Part shown: piece by piece, positions 33,636-45,921 of the stretch
Numbering within the stretch: position 1 is the stretch's first letter
How the letters are laid out: each line of letters starts with the position of its first letter
Source: Protoeuglena noctilucae
Lineage: Eukaryota
NCBI GenBank assembly: GCA_958009085.1
Contig: OY253668.1
Location: 1,798,001 to 1,862,000 of the forward strand
Direction of reading: 5' to 3'
Length of the DNA: 64,000 nt
Translations under genes and position numbers: made by a program
Notes under the pieces: model-generated
The model's input: only the letters and a program-made list of their open reading frames with translations
The model's database searches: none
What the model was told of the DNA's origin: nothing

Positions 33636-36600
33636 TCAGAACACCTTCCGCCTCGCAGCCGCCCCGTTCCCATGCGCCAGGTCCTGGAAGGGCCTTTTTC
33701 GATCGATCCCCGGCAGCGACGGGCTGGCCCCTTTGGCCGGGGTGGCGGTGACAAAGTGCTGCTTGCCGTAGGTTTTGTTGCCCCATTCCTTGAATGACTG
33801 CTCCAGTGCTTTGACCTTCTCCGGGTCCCGACTCTTCAGGAACACGCGCACCCTGGGAGGGTCGTGAGAGGGGGGTGGTCAGAGAGGACGGCAGAGCAGA
33901 CACGGCTTAGTGAGGAGCCGCCCCACCACTACCACCACCACCACCACCACCACCACCAGCAGCACTCCTACCACCACCACTACCACCACAACCATCACCA
34001 CCACCACCACCGTTACCACCTCCCCCGCCCACACCACCAGCACCACCACCATCACCCCCAACCCCGCTTCTCTCGCCTCCTCTCGATGGGCTCTGTCACG
34101 TACATGGTGCTCATGCTGCACATGGGCATGGTCCTGGCACCGTCGCTGCCCGACTCGTAGAACTTGACGTTCTCCAGGGGATTCTGAAAGCACGAGTGCA
34201 CGACAATGGGTGTTGCTGGGAAAGCGCACGTGATATAAGGGGCTCTGAGAGCTTGATTGTGTAAGTGGGCTGCTCGCTGAAAGCGAAGGAAAGGGTAGCG
34301 CTGAGATGGACCAGCACAGACACTCTTAGTGGCAGAATAATAGTATCGGGTATGCAGAGACAAGAGCAAAGAGTCTCACGAGCCCCTCACCTGCTGATTT
34401 ATTGCATTCATCCCAACACGACCAGCCCCTCACCTGTTGGTTCATGGCGAAGTCGATCTTGAGGTTGTGCACAATGACTTCGCTGGGGCTCACGCCGTCG
34501 CAGGAGTTGACGACGTCCTGGGCCAGGATGTCGCGGAAATTCGAGACCATCTCCTTCGGGACGATGATGTCGCCACAGCACGTGTAGATGTCGCGCCTGG
34601 GAGCAGGGAACGATGGCGGTGAACAAAGAGTGGGTGAATGGCGCTGGGAGCAGGGAACGCACAGTGGGTGTGTGGATGGCGCGCGGAAGGACGACAGTGA
34701 GCGAGCCATGGCAGCCAAGGCAATGACACAGTCCCGGTTATCAGTGGCTACTAGCGCTACCAGCTCTGTGTCAGTACGGCTACCAGCGCACTGACGTAGT
34801 CCCGACTGTGCCAACCACAGTGCGCCCCCCTCGCCTGCGCAGTCGCTGCACGATCCCCCGCGCCCGCTGCATCCTCGCGTCGTCTCCCTCGTACCACTCG
34901 ATGCGCTTCAGTAGCGTGTCGTCCAGCTGCACGAACGACCTCGCGTCCTGGGTCTTCTCCCGCAGTTGCAAAAAGTCCGACGCCTCCTCGAGCGCATCCA
35001 CCACCATGTACTCCATCGCCTGCGATAAGAGAGCAGCAGCATGGGTGGGACTGTGTCGAGCACTCTGGTGTGGATCAGCAGGAAGGACAGCACAGTGCTA
35101 AGCACTCTCAGTATGGATCAGCAGCGAGGATGGGACAGTGCTGGGTCAAGCACTCATGGTATGTACGACAAGTGAGCTCAAGGTTAGTAGCAGAGACGGT
35201 GGCAGGCAGACAGTGGCATGGTTGCTCAGACAGCATCCATCCACCGCCGGCCCTCGCCTTGGCTTTCGGGTGGGTGTAGACGCGCCGGTGCAAGGACGAT
35301 CGGGAGTGGAAGAGCTCGTAGAGGTTGTGGACCTGACTGGAGCGGAAGGCGATCTCGTCGTCGCATATCTTCATTGTGGCAGCGACGGGCTTCAATTCGA
35401 AAGATGCCTTGACTCCCGTGTGGTAGGAATCCCGCATGATGTAGTCGAACTTGTCTACGTCGATGCTGTTGGTGCTGTTGGATACGATGTCGAAGAGATA
35501 GCGGCGGCCGTGGGGGGCGGCGCTGCGGCCGTGCGAGCCCTTGCCGTTGGCGATCTGCGAGGGGGGCTCGGAGAGGCTGGTGGGGAGAGACGGGCGGTAC
35601 AGTGATGCGGATGTGGACATTACAGGCGGCCTGCCGCGGATGGCCATGTGGAAGACAGTTGAGACATCAAGTCCTCGACTATGACAGCGATGGCAACAGC
35701 ACCTGGCACCCATGCTATGGACGTCATCACCATGGCATGAACCATGACCATGGCATGTGCACCGTTCATAAGCTTACCATGGCTTTAACGATGGCGAAGT
35801 CCCGGGGGCGGTCTTCCCTCATGGACTCCAGCCATCGACTCCCCGCCGACTGCGATTCGATGGCCGCCTCCACCGCGTTGTCAAAGAGACGTCCGGACAT
35901 CTCCTCGTGAGAGAAACCCTTCACTCCTAGCCTGGGGCAAGGGCGCTCGTTGGTGTCACAATCACAATTGCGTCGTGAGTGGCGCGCGCATCGGCAAGCG
36001 CGGTCGCCGCGATGCGATGTCAGCGGCGACGCGATCGCATTCGCGTTTCTCGCCTCGGGAGAAGCTCGTTGTCGAAGACGTGGCTGAAGGGGCCATGGCC
36101 CAGGTCGTGGCACAGTCCGGCCATCGTGGCAACCGCGACGTCCATCTTGTCAAGCTGCAGCTCCCTGCCCTGCTCAGCCAGGCAGGGGAAGTGTGAAATA
36201 AGCACACGCATGCGCAAGGGCGCCGCACAGGTGAGCTCTGCGCTGCAGGCAGCATGCGTGCTCAGCCGCTACATCTGCCCAGGCCACGGCACCTGGAGGA
36301 GGTATAGGCGAGCGGCGACGGACCATGCCAGGTACGCTGTGCCCAGCGAGTGCTCGAAGCGGTTGTGGGAGGCGCCGGGGAAGACCAGGTAGGTCAGGCC
36401 GAGCTGCTTGAGGTCGCGGAGGCGCTGGAACTGAGGCGTGTCGACGAGGGCGATCGCGAAATCCGGCAGCTTGAACAGACCTGTGAAAAAGAGAATCGCG
36501 GGCGTCGTCGTGCGGCGGCCGGACGCGCGCTGGGCGTCGAGTTGGGCACCGCATTACGGTCCTCACCGTGGACGGGATCCATGAACGCTTTTCCCTGGCC

Positions 36601-36844
36601 TAACAACTTGTCGCTCAAGCCCACGATATCCGCCGTCTGCTGCGTGAGCTGCTGGTGGTACTCGTCCAGCCCATCGTCCGGTCTGCGGGGAAGTTAACAC
36701 CGGCGTCTCGACGAGGTGCGAAGCGGTGCCAGGCGCGCGCCTCGGGCGGCAAGATGGCCACGCAGCGACGACATGAAAGTATGACATCGCCAGGGCTTTT
36801 CGCGGGCCGGCAGATGGGCACCCGAGGAGGCTCGACTCGTCCAT
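33636..36844 (-). CDS. SAMHD1-like HD-domain dNTP triphosphohydrolase (plant VENOSA4 type, no SAM domain)
   Basis: [57 protein letters not shown] (HD motif), [42 protein letters not shown]. 10 exons; stop at 33636. The start at 36844 is inferred. Confidence 0.93.
33924..34058. repeat. Imperfect (CAC)n/(GTG)n microsatellite in the last intron of the SAMHD1-like gene
   Basis: About 135 bp of cac/cat/tac/cag triplets between the donor at 34076 and the acceptor at ~33854 on the minus strand. Confidence 0.92.
35058..35160. repeat. Degenerate ~40-bp intronic tandem repeat
   Basis: agcactc...tggatcagcag...acagtgct recurs two to three times. Confidence 0.6.
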
Positions 36845-37404
36845 GCTCGCGGGGCGGCAAGTGCTCGCGGGCCTCGCGCGATCCCTTTCTCCACCGCCCA
36901 CTCGGTGGGTGGTCGAGCTTGAGAGGTGTCCGTCTTCTAACTTCCGCGAGAGGATGAGGACTTGAAGCAGCGGGGCAGTGACCAGAGAGGCAATGTGTTG
37001 GCAAGCCAGACGAGCTTTCCGTCTAGCGCAGGAGACAACGCAAGCGGCTCTTACCCACGCTGAAGGATAAGGAGGTCGGAGGACCAGCGTGGGGATCATG
37101 ATGGATTCTTGCTTGCTTGCTGGTGAGGGGTTGACCTATGCAAGGTGCCGGAACTTGTGCCGCGCTGCAGAGTGCTGTTTTGGTGTTATGGCGCATCGGT
37201 TGCGGGCGTCGTGATCGTGATCGCTTCACAGTCACGGCGTCCATATCTCTCACCATTCCGACCGGCGCTTGCTGGTGGGCATGGACCCAGGCGAGGCCGG
37301 ATGAACCAGCGCCTTCGCGCAGGGTCAACAGCTGCCATCCGCGGGAGCTGCGCAACAGACCAGCGTGCCTGCTCGTGCGATGCGCATGTTTCCCCTTCAA
37401 TGGT

Positions 37405-37885
37405 TCAGGACCCCTTCACACGCACGCACGTCGCCCACGTGACCCCCGCTGCAGGGCTGAGCGGTATCAACGTCGTCCTCCCATCCTCCTGCGAACCAGT
37501 AAACGCTTCAGGTATCGTCCTCGCGTCCGCATCAACACAGTGGGTCGAACAAGCACCGCAAAGCGGCGGCCGCACCTTGTCCGCGGTCCGCACAAGGGTC
37601 AGGGCCTTGTAGCGGGGCCGTTTCGGGCGGGATTTGCCGTAGGAGCCAATGAAAATCTTTCCCTTGGCCGTTGACGAGTCGTACTTGGCCCCACGGCTCT
37701 GCACCTCGAGCTGGACGGGGAAGGACAGCCGTTTGGTCCCCCACGCTAGCCAAGAACCCGTGCGCGCCACCACAGCATCAAAAAAGGCCCACCTGGATCC
37801 CTCCAAGCCCTTCCTCCGCTGAGCGCCCCGTGCCGCGCGACAGTGCCCCCAGCACAACACGCCAGGCCCTCCTGGCCTGGAGCAT
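37405..37885 (-). CDS. Small organellar ribosomal protein bTHX/bS31 (PSRP4/Thx family), probably mitochondrial
   Basis: MLQARRAWRVVLGALSRG... (Arg-rich presequence-like), intron, then LEVQSRGAKYDSSTAKGKIFIGSYGKSRPKRPRYK, which matches the Thx pattern G-x-x-D-x-x-T-x-KGK-I-x-x-G-[ST]-YGKxRP. The 3' exon structure is uncertain. Confidence 0.6.
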
Positions 37886-38638
37886 CGGCTTCCGACCTCC
37901 CCTTATCACCCCCTCGAGCAGGTCGCTCTCTCACGTCATCCAACAGCCAGGAAGTGGCGTTACATCACAGCGGCAGTCACAAATAGCCGAAACCCCTTTC
38001 CTACCTGTAAAACCTCCGCGTCAGACACAATGGCGGGGCGAGAACACGACCAATCCGCGATGAACGCGCGCGTTCGAGAGGTGGCGACCCTGGTCCACCC
38101 GCCCTCGACGCACCTACTCGTTGGATTCGGTTTTCGCGGGCCTGCAGAGCCACGACCGCGACGCGGGGTGTGATTGGCAGGTGCGTGAGCGGAAAGAGCA
38201 AACCGCGGACCTCGCGGAGGCCCGGCCTTCGGTTCGCGGGCGTTCCGCGCTGAAAAGCTCGCGAAGAGTTTCCTCCTGCGCCGATCGAGAATCATGCATG
38301 CCCACTTTGATGAGAGTTATCCAGCAGCCAGGGCAGAGGCCGGGCCCGCTGCGGCGCCCTCCCCGGGCCAGGGCAGCGACAGCGCGCAATCCGTCCGTGG
38401 CTGGGCCCGAGCGGCACCGCGCTTGCCGTCGCGCTCGTGCGGGGCATCCCTTTTCGCAGTCATGAATCTTGCCCGAGGCGGGGTTGCGCTTGGAGCCACG
38501 GGCCGGGAGTCTCGCGGAGCGCTGATGCGTCCATCCCTGGCTCGCAGGGGGCGGGGCCGGCGAGAATCCCTCCGGGGGCAATCGGGCTGGCGTTGTCTCT
38601 GATCCACGGATTTGCTCGCGTCGCCGCGGGCGGCGGGC

Positions 38639-39947
38639 ATGCGGGGCGCGGCGGCGTGGGTGGGGGGCGAGGGGCGGGGGGCGAGCTCGTTCCAAGGGGA
38701 GCCCTGCTGCTCTTCGAGCTCGACGCGGGCACGGAGCTCCTTTTTGGGACGTCGACATGATTTCGGGCACGCGAGGAGGCACGGGCCCCGCTCGTCGAGC
38801 TGGAGGTTGGTCCCGGTGAGCGCGGGGTGGGCGCGCGCGCAGCGAGGGCGGCCGGTCTTGGCCAAGCGCGCGACCCGCCTCGCTTATCGTCGCCCGCAGG
38901 TAGCGCGCTTGCCGATGCCGGCCCTGCCGGCGCCCCAGTTCCAGCCCGGCAAGCTGCGCGTGCAATACGAGGAGGGGTCGGGTTGGCGCGCCCCTCCGCC
39001 CCACGAGGGTCGGTGGTACACGCTGACCCACAACGATCTGACGGGGGAGCTGGTGCTATCCATCGGGCGCGGGGTCAATCGGGAGCAGATATCGGGGTGG
39101 TACACGAGGCTCGTGCGCGACGAAGTCTTGGCGCAGGTGCGGCCTGACATTCCGTCACACGCGCGATGGCAAGTGCGCAATCGCGCATCCGCCGCTGCCG
39201 CAAGCGACCCCGCCTTCCACTCTTCGCTCGCCGCAGTGGCGCAGCGGGAGCGACGGTCTCTCGCAGCTGCATGTCTTTTGCCACGTTTCCGGAGACGCGC
39301 GGTGGCTCGCGCCCCCCGCCCTCCGCGACTACATTTTCCGGCGGGAGATGGCGTTGGTGCTCGACGCCTTCCGCTACGCAGACCGACTCCTGCTCTCGTT
39401 CCACGAGGGGCTCAGGGACGCCCCGGTCTACGTGCACCTGCTCAGGTGCGCCGCGGACACGGTTTGGGTTGCAATGGAGTTATCGACGATAACTCCACGC
39501 GGTGCCGTGCGCGATGATTGAGATGGCCCATCCGCGCCCTCGCTCGCCTTGCCTTGCAGTGATCGTGACGACCTGAACCGTGTCGTGCCGTGGGGGCGCC
39601 TCGACCGGCCCAGCACGTGGCCGGAGCAGCCGCAGACTTTCTGTGCGGGGCCCGTGTCGGGTATGCTGTCCGCGCAGGACCGCAGCACTCTGCGTGAGGC
39701 CAGGCGCCCGGCCGTGGCTCTCGACGATGCGACGGACTCGGTGCTGGCGGGGTCGACGGGGCTGCCCGTGGTGGAAGGCGAGGCGGTGGCCGCAGCGGCG
39801 GTCGTTGTCCCGGATGTGGGGGCATCCAAGGGGAGCGGGGCCGTGTCGATTGGAGGGGGGGCGGGCGTGAAGGGCCGGCGCAGCGGGCGCCGCTTGGGTC
39901 AGGGCCCGATCGCCGTTGGCATGCGGCAAGCACGACACAGGGGATGA
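38639..39947 (+). CDS. SGR: STAY-GREEN (SGR) Mg-dechelatase, plastid-targeted
   Basis: Ser/Arg-rich transit-like N-terminus; FQPGKLRVQY, RWYTLTHNDLTGELVLSIG, WYTRLVRDEVLAQ|W, LHVFCHVSG, LRDYIFRREMALVLDAFRYAD, APVYVHL, NRVVPWG. 4 exons. Confidence 0.92.
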
Positions 39948-40137
39948 TTTCGCCCCCGCCGCGCGTAGTCCGTCGGGATATCGCTTACGAACCTGCCAGT
40001 CCACGCACGCACTTGAAGCGTAACGTAGAGACGCCTTCTCGCCCGCCGTGCCACATCTGTGCCCAAAAACGCTAACAAGAAACAGCGTCAGCCTGTTTTC
40101 GGCGGAAGCAGCCGCGCGAATCCTTCGCTGCAGGGCC

Positions 40138-41251
40138 ATGCACGCAGCTGCGAGTCCCGCACTCGCCGGGCGCGGCGCGCCACGAATCCATGCTGCGACT
40201 ACATCCACTGCATCCGCAAGATCGATGGGAACTCTACGCGCCCCGTGCACGAGGTGGCCGTCGCATGCCGGGAGCTGAATGCAGCCGGATGTGCTCGCGC
40301 CCCTTGCGAACCATGGGCTGTCCCTCTGCTTCCCAGACGCCGAATCCGGGTTGCGGCTCGCGAGCATGACGCGGATCAGAAGCCAGCGGTAGATAGCCCA
40401 GAGCGGGACGAGGGCGGGAGCGTGTCGGAAAGCAGGCGCGTTCCATCTGCCTCCGGGCGCGGCATAATGCGCCCCGAGGAGGCCACGGATTTCATGAGCG
40501 CCACGCTGACCCGTCGCTTTGGGCTCAAGGGCGGCCTGGCGTGGCTCGGCCTCCTCACATTCGGCGTCGTGGCCGAGCAAGTCAAGACGAGACTGGAAGT
40601 GGCGTCGGATGAGCAGAACACCGTCGCTGTCCAGGTGACGCGGGCTTGCGCATCATGGCGCAGTGGGTACAAGCGGGACGACGCAGCGCGACCCACTGCG
40701 AGGGTGCTTGCGTGCCACTCCGCAGGGGGCGACGGAGGTGCGCCTGCCTTCGGGCGTGACGTACGTGGACCTGGTGCGAGGCGGTGGGGCCCCGATGCAG
40801 CCAGGGTTCCTCGCCGTCGTCAACTTCACCGCCACGGGTGAGTGAGCAGTCGTGGAGCTTCGTGATACCTGTTTTCCATCGTGCCCTCTGCCGGGCGAAT
40901 TGTGCACCCCTGTGCAATCACGTCCATGCAACAACGGACAGCGTCTCGCCGGCTCCCGCAGCGGACGGGGAGGTGTTCGAGGACACCCGTGCCCGCGGCA
41001 AGCCCATCGTGTTTGTCTACGGCGCACGACCCATCACGGGAGGCCTGTGCCGTGGGACCGAGGAGGCGATGGCATCGATGAGGGCCGGCGGCCGGCGTCG
41101 CATCACTGTGCCGCCAGAGATGGGCTTCGGGCAAGACGGCTTCGCGGTACGTGGGACGCGCCACGCGGGCGACAAGGGCGGCGTCGTGCCCCCCAACGCC
41201 ACGCTCGTCTACGACCTCACGCTTGAGCGGGTGTCGATCCCGCCCTCCTGA
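40138..41251 (+). CDS. FKBP-type peptidyl-prolyl isomerase, thylakoid FKBP17-2/17-3-like
   Basis: LTRRFGLKGGLAWLGLLTFGVVAEQVKTRLEV, LPSGVTYVDLVRGGG, GLCRGTEEAMASMRAGGRRRITVPPEMGFG, VPPNATLVYDLTLERVSIPPS*. 4 exons. Confidence 0.9.
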
Positions 41252-41326
41252 CAGCCGAGTGACACGTACAGGCATTCACTCACTCCGCACGCCTTCAACA
41301 GCCATGTTTCCCTTGCAAACCCTCGC

Positions 41327-43737
41327 CTAGAAACCCTTGGGGGGCCTCCCAGGTCCCCTCATTGGATAATTCTGCTTGGGATAGGGCGTCGTAGTCTTGA
41401 GCTGGTCCACTGCGGGCGCAGGCGGAAGTAGCGTCTGGTTGGTATCACGCCCGGGCGCCATGCGTGCATGCATCCGCTGCCGTCCTGCCGGTGCATCGCC
41501 ACATCCGCTCACCGTTGTTGGGATCCTCGTATTGCCGCATCGCCTCCGGTGCCTTGCGTTTCCGCCGGCCCTTCCCGAAGCTGTCTGGGTCGACCCCCCC
41601 GTCGCCCCCGCCGGGTGCGGATGCCGATGGGCCCCCGTCACCCTCCCCATCCGCCGCGCCCTCCGCCGCCTTGGGCCGCAGCGACTCGTCCTGCGGGATG
41701 ATGACGGGCGCGTGGAGGACGCACTGCGCCTCCTCCTCCTCGCCGTCGCTCGGAAACACCGCCGCGGTCCTGCGGCCCCGGGGATTGAACCCTTACCACA
41801 CACGCGCTCCCCGCCAGCGCTTGCTGCCAGACGTTGGCGCTCGTCGGCGTCGCTGCGCCCTCACCTGGCTGTAGCCACGTCGATGCTCTCATCGTCGGAA
41901 ACGTCCTGGCGTCTCTTGCGCACAACACGACCTTCCTGCGCATCACCCGCCCCCTCTCCCTCGCCCCCCATCGGCAAGTCGAACTCATCCTCGCTCTCCA
42001 CATACTCCTCGTTGTACCTGCGGGACAGTCACAGCACAGTCACCCTGTGTGATGACCTAACGAAGACCAACACCCCCTGCCACCCAGCCCCGCCCAGCGT
42101 GCGGCCTTTGACACTGGCGCCCGCCTCGCCTGAGCTCCATGAATCCCGGCGCGAATGCGCTCCAGTGCTCCTGCCGCACGGGCGCCCACACCCACACCCG
42201 CCCCTTGCCCGTGCTGCAGCACGCGACCTCGGGGGCCCAAGGGTGCCACGCGGCGTCCTTCACACCCTCCGGCTTAGGCCCGTCCAGCACGCGCGCCAGC
42301 CGCCCCGTCGCCGCCTCGAACACGTACAGTCGGTGCTCTGTCTCTGACTTGTACACCGCACAGACGTGTGACGGCTCCGTGCCTGCCCCGCCCCGGTAGT
42401 GCGAGAAGCACGCGGTCTTCCAGTCCACACGCATCGGAGCCAGGTCCACCTCGAGACGCGAGAGCAGCGACAGGGCCCCGCGCCCCGCGCCGTGCGCGCT
42501 CTCGCCCAGGGTGTGCGCGGCACCGTGCCCCGCTTGCGCCAATGCAGCCGCCATCCCTGGCCGGGCAGCCTCGGGCGGCAGCTGCACCTCGAGCACCCAG
42601 ATGCACCGGTCGGTCGTCTTGGCCAGTAGCCGGCGGCCCGTGCGGCTGAAGCGAAGGAACTCAACCGCTTGTGCCGACTGCGGGCGAGGCGCTATACACA
42701 CACACCATTGGGGCAAGCGCACGTGTGGCCACTACTGCATTGCAGGGCATCGTCCAGATATGCAGCAACTGCTGCGCTTGTGGTCAAGCATGCATGCCAT
42801 GGGGCTCGTGTCACCTCGGGCTTGGCGAGCGTCGCAGCGTCAAAAGCCATCCACGTGTTGGTCTTGCCATCACGCCACGCCAGGGATAGGGTGCCCTTGT
42901 TGCTGCCCACGGCGATGACGCCACCCCCGGGCGCGAAGGCCGCGCAGCCCTTGCACTCCACCTCGGTTGGAGCGACGAGGTTGCAGACGGGGAGTGGCTC
43001 CGGTTGGGGCGCGGCCTGGGAAAGGTCGTAGAGTAGCGGGGGCGCGTTAAAGCAGCTGACGACGGCGGAGCTGCCGTGCATCGGTTCCAGGGACACTGCG
43101 GCGCAGGCGGGGAGGCGGACAATCGGACGGCAGAGAGCGAATGGAGAGCTGCCCGGCAAAGAGTGCAGGGGCGGCGTGGCAGCGAGGCCCGCAGGCAGCA
43201 GGCGCACCTGTGCTCAGGGGCATGGATCCCGTCTCGATCTCCAGGTTGGAATACACCGTCCCGATCCCGCCCGCGACCGACCAAACGACGATGTGTGCCG
43301 CCTTGGCCTCGGGGGCGTACGCGCAGCTCATCAGCTTGCTGCCATCGCGGGAAAACTCCACCGCCGTAATCTTCACGGGCATGTTGTCATGGTCCAGGTG
43401 CACCGGCACGTCTGGAGGCGGGGAAGCGGCGTCGCGGACTGGTTGGGGACAGGGCGGGATTTCAAAGCGCCGAACCGGCGGAGCACGCGGGCCCGGATCC
43501 CAGTCAGCCAAGATGTGACTTACCTTGAAGAGCAACGAACTTCTTCGCCAGTCCGCGCGTCTCCCAATCCCACAGCAGCACCTTGCCGTCCACTGTTCCC
43601 CCCGCCAGGAGCGTGCCCCACCGATTGAACGACAGGCACACGATGCGTTGCTCGTCCAAAGAATCCTCGATCTTCTCCGGTCCCCACTCCTGCACCTCGG
43701 CCGCCTCCCAGTGTGGGGGGGCGCACAGCACGCGCAT
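41327..43737 (-). CDS. RBBP5: RBBP5/Swd1 WD40 subunit of the COMPASS H3K4 methyltransferase complex
   Basis: PEKIEDSL...CLSFNRWGTLLAGGTVDGKVLLWDWETRG, FSRTGRRLL..TTDRCIWV, WKTACFS, RVLDGPKPEGVKDAAWHP, EHWSAFAPGFMEL|RYNEEYVESEDEFD. The inferred last exon ends RGPGRPPKGF* at 41327. Confidence 0.88.
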
Positions 43738-43919
43738 GGGGCGGACCCCGGGGCTGCACGGCCACGGCTGCAGATCGCAAGCCGGGGTATGTCTCCCGGC
43801 ACCGCGTCGCTCTTCTGACCCCGGCACCGAGTGGCCTAAGAGCTAACAGCAACTCATGGACCTTCACTGGCGCCAGGAAACAACGCAGGGAAAAGACCCT
43901 TGGCAATGCAATCGGTGCC

Positions 43920-45619
43920 CTAATCCGCTGTGTCAAACAAAGGGCTAGGGGGAGGTAGATCAATCAGCGGCGCAACGATTTCGCCGGCGCCGAGGCAATG
44001 GTCGCCTCGGTGCAACACGGCCGCCTGTCCCGGCGCCACCGCAGCGACGGGGCTGTGAAAGTGCACCACAGCGGCCGTGCCTGCGTCCGTGTCAGTCCCC
44101 TGCCTCGGCACATGAAGCCACGGGCGCGTCCCTTGCGCACCGGGCGCTGTTACGCGGCACGGCACGTCGGGCGTGAGGTATCGAACCTGGCACGATGTGG
44201 CTGCTTCATTCTCAGGGCCCTGCATTTAGGGTCGACAGAAAGCAGTGGTGAGCGTGAGACCACCGTTGGCCTCGCTGTCACCCTCACTGCATGCCATCGC
44301 TGCGCGTGCATGCCATCTGTGGCTGTCACAACCACGGTCTCTGACCTCGTTGATCCACGACAAGCCACCCAGGAGGCATCCAGACGCCTGGAGGGACCAG
44401 TGGCGGGCAGACGGGCACACCCACACGACGTTGCTCGGCACGTCTTTCCCTGCCACGTACCACCGCGACGCCTGGCCTGGGATGCTGGCGCCCTGGCCCA
44501 CCGTCAGCGCCAGGACATCCCGGCAAGGCGCCACGGTGCGCCCTGCATCGCAGTCGAGCCAGCCAGTGTCCCGACGCTGCTGCTGACACTGCCGGTCGTC
44601 TATAAGCGATCCAGCCAGGCGCACCATAGCCCCACAGTCCTGTCGCTCTAAAACCCCGCACCTGAGTCAACGTCGACGAAGCGCCCCGGGACGGGGTCCA
44701 CGTACTGCGCCATGAACTGGCTGAAGTCCCTCTTGCCGATGAAACAGATGCTCGTGCTGGTCTTGCGGTCCGCTGGAGGCAAACCGTGCTCAGCAGCATA
44801 CGCGCGCACCTCGCCCTTCGTCCAATCGCCGAGTGGGAAGGCGACCCTGCGCGACGGACGTAAAGCGGCATGGCGTTGGCTTTGCTGAGAGCAAGAACGG
44901 CGCCCGTGATGGACCTGCGGGGGTCTGGTGCCTGGTCACCGCGACAGCTGCTGCGCCGAGAGCGTGCTGAGGAAGTAGCTCTGGTCTCGACGCTCGCGAC
45001 CGGCGCGGAGAAGACGCACGACTCTGGAGGCAAGGGGCCGGCCTGTCGTTGCTGCATGGTGGCACGCATCACACACCCGCCAAGCGGCCCTCGTCCCGCG
45101 TCTGCTCCTCACCCCTCGGCGTCCCGAACAGTCCGGGCGTAATGACCCGTCGCGACGACGTCCGCGCCTTTCGAGAGACACCAATCCACGAACGGCCCGA
45201 ACTTGACGGCGCGGTTGCACTCGAGGTCCGGGTTGGGCGTGAGGCCCGCCGCGTATTTGCGCAGAAACGGCTCAAACACGTCATGCCAGTAGTTTCTGTT
45301 GAAAACAAGCAAACGGAGGATCGAGAAAGATGTGCGAATGAATGCCGCAGCGTCGCGCCCGGGCCCCAGAGGCTGCCACCCACCTTGTCAAGTCGACCTC
45401 CTCGAACCCGATGCCCAGCCGCGAGCAGACGGCGATGGCGCTTCGTCGATCCGCTTCGTAGCCGCATGCCGAGCCCCGCTCCTCTGGCTCGTCCCAATTC
45501 CGCATGAAAACCCCGACGACGTCGTGGCCCTGCGCCTTGAGCAAGTGCGCCGCGGTCGCCGAGTCCACGCCCCCCGACAGGCCCACGGCCACGGTTCTCA
45601 GCCTTTGAGCGCCCAGCAT
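43920..45619 (-). CDS. mnmA: tRNA-specific 2-thiouridylase MnmA/TRMU (organellar)
   Basis: PP-loop VAVGLSGGVDSA, VGVFMRNWD, TPNPDLECNRAVKFG, ATGHYAR, DQSYFL, FPLG, KTSTSICFIGKRDF, VAPGQAAVLHRGDHCLGAGEI. 6 exons. Confidence 0.95.
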
Positions 45620-45921
45620 TGCCGAGATCGTCCATGCGGCCCTCCAGGCGACGCATCAAGTTGCCCGGGCACGGGAGCAAGGCATTGCTGCGCTCCGGGA
45701 AGCGCGAGAGCCAACTAGGGCGACGTGCAGTCAAGGCTCGTACGATCTCTTCACACACATGACGCACCCGCGTCCTATCTCTGCACCATCGCTGCAAGAC
45801 ACAGACCCCGGCAGTGCCAGCGGCACAACCACAGCCCATGATACGCAAACACAGGAAGCGCTCCCATGCCACACGCAACGACCAAGAGCGCCTGGGTTGC
45901 AAAGCAGACTCCCAGCTTAGC

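Noticed and set aside
33864..34167. Poly-His and poly-Thr ORFs on the plus strand and a poly-Val ORF on the minus strand
   Set aside because: All are translations of the (CAC)n microsatellite inside the last intron of the SAMHD1-like gene, with no independent coding signal.
43920..45619. mnmA as bacterial contamination or recent horizontal transfer
   Set aside because: It has five spliceosomal introns and host-like composition; nuclear-encoded organellar MnmA/TRMU is normal.
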